Source: Bugula neritina (Eukaryota; Animalia; Bryozoa). Taken from it: a stretch of 64,000 nt of DNA. The DNA lies in contig OZ037766.1 of the NCBI GenBank assembly GCA_964035545.1, positions 1-64,000 of the forward strand. Direction: 5' to 3'. Made by a program: the position numbers and the translations under genes. The notes below the pieces were generated by a model. The model was not told where the DNA came from, did no database searches, and worked only from the letters and a program-made list of their open reading frames with translations. Positions 52,389 through 64,000 of the stretch are shown one piece after another. How positions within the stretch are numbered: position 1 is the stretch's first letter; the number at the start of each line of letters is the position of its first letter.

Positions 52389-52565
52389 CTCTTGAGACAA
52401 ATGGGCTTGTTGAAGTGCTCATAACAAGTCTATTTTAATATTGTGTACAGTAATTTATTTCCCTGTATATAAAAGTTGTATGTTTATTTTTTTTATTTTT
52501 TAATAAAAATATTCGATATATGAACCAAACGGCCAGGTGCACCAATAATTTAAAAAGATAATACA

Positions 52566-52686
52566 CACACAATGAGCTCTAGAGCATCTCACACACAATG
52601 AGCTCTAGAGTATGTCACACACAATGAGCTCTAGAGTATGTCACACACAATGAGCTCTAGAGTGTGTCACACACAATGAGCTCTAG
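52566..52686. repeat. 26-bp tandem repeat (CACACAATGAGCTCTAGAGTATGTCA) directly after the stop codon of paralog B
   Basis: About 4.6 units in the 298-bp gap between the convergent genes. Confidence 0.9.
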
Positions 52687-55600
52687 CTAATACATGCTGA
52701 TAGGCTTAAAGCCGACTTCTTCAATGTTCCTTAAGAGCTCAGAGCTGGCATAGTCTTTGGGTCTCACCAGATACTGGATACTCAAGGGGAGGAGTGACAG
52801 GGCCCCCAACAGCTGCACAGACCCAGCTAGGATCAGACCGGCTGACAAGTTGACCTGTACTTGAAGATATGCTGCAAAGGTTAAAGGTCAATAATAGAGT
52901 TATATATAATATATTGGTATTGGATAAAGTTATAGCTCTTAGAATAAAATAGGTTCTGCATACTAAAAGCAAATATAATATTATAATTAGTCCAATATAA
53001 TCCAATAAAGTAATATAATGCAATATATAATAGTAAAATAATTTAATATAGTAATATATATGTAATACAGTACTATAATGTAATATAGTAAATTAACGTA
53101 TGTAATATAGTAATGTAATGTAATACAGTAATGTAATGTAATATAGTAATGTAATGTAATATAGTAATGTAATGTAATATAGTAATGGAATGTAATATAG
53201 TAATGCAATGTAATATAGTAATGTAATGTAATATAGTAATGTAATGTAATATAGTAATACAATGAAATATAGTAATGTAATGTAATATAGTAATGTAATG
53301 TAATATAGTAAATTAACGTATGTAATATAGTAATGCAATGTAATATAGTAATGTAATGTAATATGGTAATGTAATGTAATATAGTAATGTAATGTAATAT
53401 AGTAATACAATGTAATATAGTAATGTAATGTAATGTAGTAATGTAATGTAATATAGTAATGCAATGTAATATAGTAATGTAATGTAATACAGTAATGTAA
53501 TGTAATATAGTAATGTAATGTAATATAGTAATGTAATGTAATATAGTAATGTAATGTAATATAGTAATGTAATATAATATAGTAATGTAATATAATATAG
53601 TAATACAATGTAATATAGTAATGTAATGTAATACAGTAATGTAATGTAATACAGTAATGTAATGTAATATAGTAATGTAATGCAATATAGTAATGTAATG
53701 TAATTTAGTAATGTAATACAGTAATGTAATGTAATATAGTAATGTAATGCAATATAGTAATGTAATGTAATATAGTAATGTAATGCAATATAGTAATGTA
53801 ATGTAATATGGTAATGTAATGTAATATAGTAATGTAATGCAATATAGTAATGTAATGTAATATGGTAATGTAATGTAATATGGTAATGTAATGTAATATG
53901 GTAATGTAATGTAATATAGTAATGTAATGTAATATGGTAATGTAATGTAATATAGTAATGTAATGCAATATAGTAATGTAATGTAATATAGTAATGTAAT
54001 GTAATACAGTAATGTAATGTAATATAGTAATGTAATGCAATATAGTAATGTAATGTAATATAGTAATGTAATGTAATACAGTAATGTAATGTAATATAGT
54101 AATGTAATGCAATATAGTAATGTAATGTAATATAGTAATGTAATGTAATATGGTAATGTAATGTAATATAGTAATGTAATGTAATATAGTAATGTAATGT
54201 AATATAGTAATGTAATGTAATATAGTAATACAATGTAATATAGTAATGTAATGTAATATGGTAGTGTAATGTAATATAGTAATGTAATGCAATATAGTAA
54301 TGTAATGTAATATGGTAATAATATAAGTATAGTAGAATAAGTTAATATAATGCAATAGAGTATCTAAAATGCTGTACAATAGCATTGAGCTGAAAATGTA
54401 AAATAGTAAAAAACTACTTTTGCTGGAGACCCACTTACATGACAAGTAAGGGAACACAATTCCCCCAACTCCTTCCACAAAATTAATTATCATGAACATG
54501 AACACAGCCTGTGTAGGGGAAGTAACTTCCATTCCAGCGGCAAATGTTGATGCGATATAAAGAGACTTGAAGAAACCGGAGATTGCCATAAGAACACAGA
54601 AATGACCTGAAGGAAAAAAAATATGATGTCTAGGGTGCTACACGTATCTCTACTACAAGTATCTCTACTACAAGTATCTCTACTACAAGTATCTCTACTA
54701 CAAGTATCTCTACTGCAAGTATCTCTACTGCAAGTATCTCTACTGCAAGTATCTCTACTGCAAGTATCTCTACTGCAAGTATCTCTACTGCAAGTATCTC
54801 TACTGCAAGTATCTCTACTACAAGTATCTCTACTACAAGTATCTCTACTACAAGTATCTCTACTACAAGTATCTCTACTGCAAGTATCTATACTACAAGT
54901 ATCTCTACTACAAGTATCTCTACTACAAGTATCTCTACTACAAGTATCTCTACTACAAGTATCTCTACTGCAAGTATCTCTACTGCAAGTATCTCTACTG
55001 CAAGTATCTCTACTGCAAGTATCTCTACTGCAAGTATCTCTACTGCAAGTATCTCTACTACAAGTATCTCTACTGCAAGTATCTCTACTGCAAGTATCTC
55101 TACTGCAAGTATCTCTACTGCAAGTATCTCTACTGCAAGTATCTCTACTGCAAGTATCTCTACTGCAAGTATCTCTACTACAAGTATCTCTACTACAAGT
55201 ATCTCTACTACAAGTATCTCTACTACAAGTATCTCTACTGCAAGTATCTATACTACAAGTATCTCTACTACAAGTATCTCTACTGCAAGTATCTCTACTA
55301 CAAGTATCTCTACTGCAAGTATCTCTACTGCAAGTATCTATACTACAAATATCTATACTACAAATATCTCTACTACAAGTATATCTACTAAAAGTATCTC
55401 TACTACAAGTATCTCTACTACAAGTATCTCTACTACAAGTATCCCTACTGCAAGTATCTCTACTGCAAGTATCTCTGGTACAAGTATCTCTACTGCAAGT
55501 ATCTTTACTACAAGTATCTCTACTGCAAGTATCTTTACTCACCGAAGGCCGGCTGAGCTAGTAACAAGAAAGTGACACCTGAAGCGCCAGTGATTGACAC

Positions 55601-58600
55601 CACATACAGGAAGGAGGCACTAAATGTGAAGAATTTTGTTACGATGAGGTAGAAAACTCCCGTAGTCAGCTGACTTATTCCCAGTATTGTCAGTCCTTAA
55701 AATAGAATGATAACTCTATCTATGTTTTAGGTTGTAAAAATCGAAAATACAAATCATTTGTTTACCTAAGGCAATTTATTTGTGGTGTTTTTATACTGCA
55801 GCTTCAAAACATGGACCAAATTTTTTAATAGTAGATTACAATATACATGTTTCAAACTAAAGCCGTTATACAGGAGAGAAAAATTCCCTTACCCAACACA
55901 TACTGCTCATCTGTTAGCTTGAGGCTGGTTTTACTAAAATCTCCAACAATACTGTTGTATGCCACGTAACCACCTGTCGTTATGAAGGATGTAAGCAGGA
56001 AGTTCAGAGCCTGAATAGAAACATACCTTGATATACTGACACCTTGATATACTGATACCTTGGTATACTGATACCTTGATATACTGACACCTTGATATAC
56101 TGATACCTTGGTATACTGATACTTTGATATACTGGCACCTTATTATACTGATAGCTTAATATACTGATACCTTAATATACTGTTACCTTGATATACTGAC
56201 ACCTTGATATACTGACACCTTGATATACTGATACTTTGATATACTGTTATTCTGTCAGAAACTAATAAATTGTGATCAATTTTATGACTATATGACAATT
56301 TAAGATAAACTACTAATAATAAGGCTACAAAATTAAAACATTTACATTAAATTTTTGTGAATGCACCTTTAACTTACAGATTTAGTTTTAAAGATTTGTT
56401 TAATAGAGTGTTTAGCAGTCTCCGGGCAGTCCAGCATGTTGGCTATACTGAGTCCCCGAGTTTTCCTCACCATCTCGTACATCATGCAACCACTTCCTTT
56501 GTCTACACTCTCATTGGACTCCCGATTCACGCTTGACCTTGACTTGCTGCTTGTTGCTGAGTCGTCACTCGTATCTGACTGACTTGTGGAGTCAGATACG
56601 TCCGCTACTCCTCTGACGTGGAGGGAATCAAAACTGAAGGTTACTGAAACCTCGTCTAATTTCTTTTTCTGTAGACAATACAATTATTGGGTAGAAGTCA
56701 ATGAATAACCTCTAGCCATAGCTCAAAATAATATAAATAGCAGAGTTTCAAACTCAATTCTAAAATGTTGCCAATTAACAACAAATTTTAAACAATCAAT
56801 AAGAATAAGCTGATGTTACTCAATAAGAAGTTGATAATATCTATAATAAGTAATGAGTATTCTAATCAACAAACAAACTAACTGAATGAGATTCTTCATC
56901 TTCTGACAAGCTCTGTATTTCATTGTATTCTGACACCAGCTTTGATAAACTGACATTTCTAAGTTGCTCCAGCTTTGCTGAACTCTCTGTTTTATATCCC
57001 AGAGGTCTAAGCTTTTCATAGCTGCTCCAATCATCCTCCTTCTGAATAACATCTGGTGCTGTATCGCTATTGTTATACGCGTTATACGTTTCTTTAACTC
57101 CAACTGAAAAATCTGTTGGCACAGTATATATGCCTTGTCTTTTTCCTAAAGTCACAGGTTATATATTATTATATAACTATATATTATTATATAATTATAT
57201 ATTATTATATAACTATATATTATTATATAACTATATTTAACTATGTAACTATAGCTACTATATCAACTGTCATCTTAAACTATGTAACTAGCTACTATAT
57301 ATTAACTGTCACCTTTAACCTTCAGTGGTATCAACGTCCCAGTATGTTGCTGTTCAGCTTCCTTTGTCTCGATTGGAGTTTCTTGAGAGCTCTTCGGGAG
57401 AAAGAAGAGTCCGAGGATGACATTCAAGGACATGATTCCGCCGCAAATTTGGAAAGTTCTTGTGAATCCCAGAGACGTCATTGCTCTACCTGTCACATGA
57501 CTAGCCAGTTCATAAATCACCACAACACCTTATGTAACCACGGTAACTACAGTAATCACGGTAACCACGGTAACGGCAGCTCAAGTCAGCTTCTCCTGGA
57601 ACTCTACAGTAAGCTAATGAATGTAACTCACCAACAACTTAGCACTGAATACTGGGTTATGCTTCATATACTATAAGACCTGGCCTGTGTTTAAACTCAC
57701 CAACAACTTAGCACTGAATACTGGGTCATGCTTTATATATAAGACTTAGCCTGTGTTTAAACTCACCAACAAGTTGGGGTGTGGCCAGAACCCCGATGTT
57801 TTGGCAGACAGTGATGGCGGCGTATGGGGCTAACTGTGAACCAGGAAAGTATTTGGAGAGAACTGAGTAGGTGGCTGCTGACAGGAAAGCTGCTCCGAGA
57901 CCTGAGAGAGAGAAAAAGTTGAATTCATCATCCCAGGTTAACTGTTCGTAAGAAAAAAGTGATTAGGGTGAACAAACAGTATCACAGTATTGCAGTGTTA
58001 CACTATATGACAGTATATTATAGTTTATTACAGTGTTACAGTAGTACAGTATATTAGAGTATTATGTTATTACAGATCGTATCACTGCATATTACTGAGT
58101 ATTACAGTATATTACAGAGTATTGCAGTATACTACAAAGTATCACTATATATTACCGAGTATTACAGTATATTACAGAGTATTACTATATATTACAGAGC
58201 ATTGCAGTATCTTACAGAGTATATTACAGTGTATTACAGTATCTTACAGAGTATTACTGTATATTACAGAGTATCACTGTATATTACAGAGTATCACTGT
58301 ATATTACAGTATATATTGGAGTATATTGGAATATACTACAGAGTATTAAAGTATTACAATATTACCGGTTGCTGCTGAATTAGACAGAATTCCTTGCCAG
58401 GCCTGTGTTGTGAAGGCGGTGGCAGCCATACCACCCGCAGTAAACAGACCTCCAATAATCTGACTCCATCTCTCTCCTATCTTCTTGTTGAGTACGATTG
58501 CCGGAAAAGCTACGTAAAATCATATTTATTATCATAATATATGATTGTATTATAACATATGGTATATACTATAACATATTATACTATATGATTATATTAC

Positions 58601-58823
58601 ACTGCTATCTGATAAAATATTACTCACCACAAATGCTAGCTGTAGATATCTGAATAGCCCCAATGCTAGAGGAGAGGGTACGATCACTATACCTCTCCAC
58701 ATAGTAGATAGAAAACAGGGAGAGAGTTCCAGCTATGAAACCAGCTCTTAACATTTGAGAGAAACAGGCAGCCACCAACACTACCCACTTGTACCGTTCA
58801 TTCTCTCCGCTACAGCTCTGCAT
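52687..58823 (-). CDS. SLC16/monocarboxylate transporter-like MFS protein, paralog B, 10 exons, 609 aa
   Basis: Exons 58823-58628, 58509-58366, 57901-57767, 57489-57313, 57145-56883, 56668-56378, 56010-55893, 55695-55543, 54606-54439, 52871-52687; same intron phases as paralog A; exon 1 protein identical to A. Confidence 0.88.
53090..54320. repeat. Gene B intron 9 minisatellite, 18-bp unit AATGTAATGTAATATAGT
   Basis: About 1.2-kb array. Confidence 0.95.
54638..55540. repeat. Gene B intron 8 minisatellite, 15-bp unit CAAGTATCTCTACT(A/G)
   Basis: About 60 units, beginning at the minus-strand donor GTGAGTAAAGATACTTGCAG. Confidence 0.97.
56025..56248. repeat. Gene B intron 6 minisatellite, 16-bp unit CCTTGATATACTGA(C/T)A
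   Basis: About 14 units adjacent to the acceptor. Confidence 0.9.
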
Positions 58824-58883
58824 GTTGCTGCTGCTTTAGGGCTTCTCTTTCTGGACTGGAGTGCAGATGTATAGAACCTGCAG

Positions 58884-58917
58884 TTTTATACGGGTTGAGT
58901 GATAAAGATGTGACTCA
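58884..58917 (-). promoter_or_regulatory. AP-1/ARE-type site + 20 bp + TATA box upstream of MCT-like gene B
   Basis: On -: TGAGTCA 58917-58911 and TATAAAA 58890-58884. The + strand reads GTGACTCAGC, matching the RTGAYNNNGC ARE consensus. Confidence 0.5.
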
Positions 58918-59917
58918 GCACTATTTATATGGTGAGATAAGGCTGCCTACTACTTTCTCTAAACTAATATTGCTATGATATAATAAGTGATATCAACAAC
59001 ATCATATGCTAGTATTTAATCATTTTACTAGAAAGTTTAAACTTCTCTCAGTTCTTCTTCAGTGAGTCACTACTGATTCAGTAATGAGTCACTACTGAGT
59101 CAGTATTGAGTCACTACTGAGTCAGTTATTATTAGATATTATTATAATTTATGGTATATAATATGTAATATGTTAATAATATATTACATATTATATATAT
59201 TAATATATAATATGTAATATAATAATAATATATTAAATACTATATATTAGTATATTAATATGCAATATATTAATAAATGACTGATTCCAAATGCTTGCAG
59301 CAGAAAACCTGAGTTATAAATTTTGGCAGATTATCTTCTGCATGCCGAATCATCAGGATTTACCAATAGTGTTGTAGGATTGTAAACAAAAGCTCAAGTT
59401 TGACACCAGACGCATGTGATGTATAGAAGACGGCTGAGCTATTGATGCACGTAGGCAGGTAGGAAAGATAAAAATATTATGAAATAATAAATTTGGGTAG
59501 AAAACTTAAAGTTATAGCTCGTATACTATACTATACCTGAGATTAAGATAATGTGAAGCCCTAATCGCATCAGAATTTCACTTTCACTAATGTTATCTCG
59601 GTTTTTATCTCTGTTGTTGCAGTGGAATATTAAGCAACACGCTGGGGCTCCATAAACTCGTTATGAAAGCCCGTCAGCTCTTATCGTGCTGGAACCATGC
59701 CAGCCTAGCGCTGCATTATGATACACTGTGCTGTGCGTGTGCCAGTCATATCACGCATCCGACTGCAGTCCGCCTTCACTATGAGCTTCACCTCCCCCAA
59801 TCTCTGGTGAGATACAAGATGTTCAGTGGGTGTAATTATATATCATCATGTGATGAGAAAACGTGATTAGCTTTAAATAGTTACGTTGTAGTGACAACCA
59901 CGCAGCCTGCGCCACTC

Positions 59918-60318
59918 ATGTCTATATTTCTATATCTATGTGTATATTCCTATATTTATGTGTATATTTCTATATCTATGTGTATATTCCTATATCTATG
60001 TGTATATTTCTATATCTATGTGTATATTCCTATATTTATGTGTATATTTCTATATCTATGTGTATATTTCTATATCTATGTGTACATTTCTATATCTATG
60101 TGTATATTTCTATATCTATGTGTATATTTCTTTATCTATGTGTACATTTCTATATCTATGTGTATATTTCTATATCTATGTGTATATTTCTATATTTATG
60201 TGTATATTTCTATATCTATGTGTATATTTCTATATCTATGTGTACATTTCTATATCTATGTGTATATTTCTATATCTATGTGTACATTTCTATATCTATG
60301 TGTATATTTCTATATCTA
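59918..60318. repeat. 20-bp minisatellite TGTATATTTCTATATCTATG
   Basis: About 20 units. Confidence 0.95.
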
Positions 60319-60655
60319 GTTTTATATAAGTATAATATATTTGGTCTCATTGAGTAACACATTGACAATATATGTCCTTATATACATTCTGGTATTGTTG
60401 AAGAGGAGATAACTGTTCATACTGATATCTGAGGCTGATAACATATTACGGCAGCAGAAACAGTAACATCTGGAGTCAGCTGACAAGCCTCCAGGCTCTG
60501 CTGTCAGATGCTGCCAGATAGCAAGCTGGCAACTTAGTTCACATCTGTATAAGTAGCATTGAGAGCAAGGTGCTCTAAGGTGTCTGTATAAATAGCACAG
60601 AGAGCAAGGTGCTCTAAGGTGTCTGTATAATATTATATTCACAGCATATAACATC

Positions 60656-63221
60656 ATGAGAGAAGTTCCAGTTCAGCTGAGACTATCAGTTCAGTTGCAG
60701 ACTGTCTCTTCTGACGTGAGTATAGTATAGTACTGAGTATAATATAATACTGAGTATAATATAGTACTGAGTATAGTATAGTACTGAGTATAATATAGTA
60801 CTGAGTATAACATAGTACTGAGTATAATATAGTACTGAGTATAGTATAATACTGAGTATAATATAGTACTGAGTATAATATAGTACTGAGTATAATATAG
60901 TACTGAGTATAATATAGTACTGAGTATAATATAGTACTGAGTATAATATAGTACTGAGTATAATATAGTACTGAGTATAATATAGTACTGAGTATAATAT
61001 AGTACTGAGTATAATATAGTACTGAGTACTGAGTATAGTATAGTACTGAGTAGTGAGTATAATATAGTACTGAGTATAATATAGTACTGAGTATAATATA
61101 GTACTGAGTATCATATAATACTGAGTATAATATAGTACTGAGTATAATATAGTACTGAGTATCATATAATACTGAGTATAATATAGTACTGAGTATAATA
61201 TAGTACTGAGTATAATATAGTACTGAGTATAATATAGTACTGAGTATAATATAGTACTGAGTATAATATAGTACTGAGTATAATATAGTACTGAGTATAA
61301 TATAGTACTGAGTATAATATAGTACTGAGTATAGTATAGTACTGAGTATAGTATAGTACTGAGTATAATATAGTACTGAGTATAATATAGTACTGAGTAT
61401 AGTATAGTACTGAGTATAGTATAGTACTGAGTATAATATAGTACTGAGTATAATATAATGCTGAGTATAATATAGTACTGAGTATAATATAGTACTGAGT
61501 ATCATATAATACTGAGTATAATATAGTACTGAGTATAATATAGTACTGAGTATAATATAGTACTGAGTATAATATAGTACTGAGTATAATATAGTACTGA
61601 GTATAATATAGTACTGAGTATAATATAGTACTGAGTATAATATAGTACTGAGTATAATATAGTACTGAGTATAGTATAGTACTGAGTATAGTATAGTACT
61701 GAGTATAATATAGTACTGAGTATAATATAGTACTGAGTATAATATAGTACTGAGTATAGTATAGTACTGAGTATAGTATAGTACTGAGTATAATATAGTA
61801 CTGAGTATAGTATAGTACTGAGTATAGTATAGTACTGAGTATAATATAATACTGAGTATAATATAGTACTGAGTATAATATAGTACTGAGTATAATATTA
61901 TAGTACTGAGTATCATATAATACTGAGTATAATATAGTACTGAGTATAATATAGTACTGAGTATCATATAATACTGAGTATAATATAGTACTGAGTATAA
62001 TATAGTACTGAGTATAGTATAGCACTGAGTATAATATAGTACTGAGTATAGTATAGTACTGAGTATAATATAGTACTGAGTATAATATAGTACTGAGTAT
62101 AATATAGTACTGAGTATAATATAGTACTGAGTATAGTATAGTACTGAGTATAATATAGTACTGAGTATAACATAGTACTGAGTATAATATAGTACTGAGT
62201 ATAGTATAATACTGAGTATAATATAGTACTGAGTATAATATAGTACTGAGTATAATATAGTACTGAGTATAGTATAGTACTGAGTATAATATAATACTGA
62301 GTATAATATAGTATTGAGTATAATATAGTACTGAGTATAATATAGTACTGAGTATAATATAGTACTGAGTATAATATAGTACTGAGTATAATATAGTATT
62401 GAGTATAATATAGTACTGAGTATAATATAGTACTGAGTATAATATAGTACTGAGTATAATATAGTACTGAGTATAATATAGTACTGAGTATAGTATAGTA
62501 CTGAGTATAATATAGTACTGAGTGTAATATCATATAATATTATTATTGTAATCTCAGCATGACTCAGCGTCTATGAAAAAGTTTTCTCAAAGAGTTCTGG
62601 ACACGAATGGAGAGACAAAAGAGTTGAAGAAGTCAAGTAAAAAGATTCGCAATAAAACCAGTAAATACTCTAAATATATCTCACCTCACAATTATGTATT
62701 ATATAATATCACATGCATTATATATAATATCACATATATTATATAATAGTACATGTATTATGTAATAGTACATGTATTATATAATAGTACATGTATTATA
62801 TGATATTATATGTAATATTATATATTATTGTGTTTCAGGACAAATTCACAACTTCAAAAGTTGCAAAATGATTTTGAAAAAACTTATAATTTTATTGGGC
62901 TCCGGTCCATTTTGCTGAGAATTGAAGGAGTAACTTACAAGATAGTTTTCTGAGCAGTTTAGTTTGATGTTGAAATGTTGATGTGACGTATCTTGATCTC
63001 TCTTGTCATGTTCAACAGCTGCTGGAGGAAGATCTAGAATATGTCAACTCAATGCCGCTTACAACAAACTGCGAAGTGTCATACCAGCCCCGCCTCATCA
63101 GGCTGTGCACAGACAGCTGTCTAAGATTGCTACTCTAAGGCTATCTATTCAATACATCAGAGCCTTGTCCCAGATTCTTCAACACTCCGACGAGCAGACG
63201 ACTCCAGCGAATGCAGTCTAA
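60656..63221 (+). CDS. Group A (tissue-specific) bHLH protein, ~121 aa, 5' end uncertain
   Basis: Exons 60656-60715, 62558-62660, 63019-63221 join in frame: ...KKSSKKIRNKTTAGGRSRICQLNAAYNKLRSVIP...LSKIATLRLSIQYIRALSQIL. Confidence 0.75.
60716..62530. repeat. bHLH intron minisatellite, 17-bp unit CTGAGTATAATATAGTA, ~1.8 kb
   Basis: The first unit is the donor itself (GTGAGTATAGTATAGTA); the array ends about 30 bp before the acceptor. Confidence 0.97.
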
Positions 63222-64000
63222 ACTCTAGTCTACAGCTAAATGGTTTCTTGGGGGGAAATATTAGATTTTTCAACATGTATATTTCAAGGCTGGAGTTTTC
63301 TGGATACAGAACTTTATTAAATTCATAATTTATTCTGTAATCTGTTGAAATCATGCAAATACAACTTGGATGTTGAAATAAGATCACTTTAATTGATTGA
63401 TTTTTTGTCATTACATTTCTCATTTGTGTTATTTTTCAGTTCTCACAATTCTAACTCCTGCTACAATGTTCTCCTATTTATATGAAATTTAGAATATACT
63501 ATGTTTAGGTGTGTCCCAACAAACCTATCATAATCATGTATATGCAACTGGTCTCAAAGTATACTCATCTCAATTCATGCAGTATAACCTGCTCAAACTC
63601 TGTCAGCTTGGCGAAAATTACAGATATAATTTTTTTTTCTATAGTTGCTAAAACTTGAATGAGGCGGGTTTTTAGATTATGATGATTCCATTTTATTTCT
63701 GAGAACTTGACAACATTTAAAAAGTTAGTTTAGAAGGAGATGGCGTCTCTGTGAGTTCCCACCAGGTTTGCCTCAGTTTTACCTTGCCCTCTGAACTTAT
63801 CGACATGTGAGGGTGTACCTCTAGTTGAGAATACATTATTCTTCAATGTATGAGAAATTAAATTGAAAATGAAAATACTGGCTTATAATAAAGCTTGATA
63901 TTGCTATTGTATCATTAAACGCATTAGATAGTGTAGCTGCGAGTGGACAACTTCAAAGTAAATAATCAGTGCAATATACCACTTGACCTTTGACCTTGAA

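Noticed and set aside
52987-55561. ILHYIT, RDTCS and QVSLL repeat ORFs
   Set aside because: Intronic minisatellites of MCT paralog B.
59891-62533. Repeat ORFs (CIFLYLCVY, ILSTILYSVLYYTQYY)
   Set aside because: Translations of the 20-bp and 17-bp arrays.

Overview
Left chromosome end of an intron-rich, AT-rich invertebrate genome. The telomere is the non-canonical (CCCCAAA)n / G-strand TTTGGGG, which I recall being reported for cheilostome bryozoans (unverified). A 2.58-kb non-autonomous DNA transposon (19-bp CACAG TIRs, 2-bp TSD, CMC/EnSpm-like) sits inside the telomeric array. A second, inverted copy lies about 75 bp beyond the telomere junction, so the pair forms a 5.7-kb near-palindrome around 450 bp of telomere repeat. 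Next come about 20 kb of non-coding subtelomere (a ~2.4-kb-period triplication, exon-like non-coding segments, a decayed C2H2 zinc-finger gene). These are followed by a 322-bp miniature LTR element whose LTRs are tRNA-derived and whose primer-binding site is complementary to the 5' end of tRNA-Phe, and then a LINE RT remnant. The genes are an 8-exon GH1 beta-glucosidase with one in-frame TAG, two convergent SLC16/MCT-like paralogs with patchwork gene conversion, and a bHLH gene lacking the invariant basic-region Glu. Most introns are filled by their own private minisatellite, often starting at the splice donor. All long ORFs in the ORF track are repeat artefacts.
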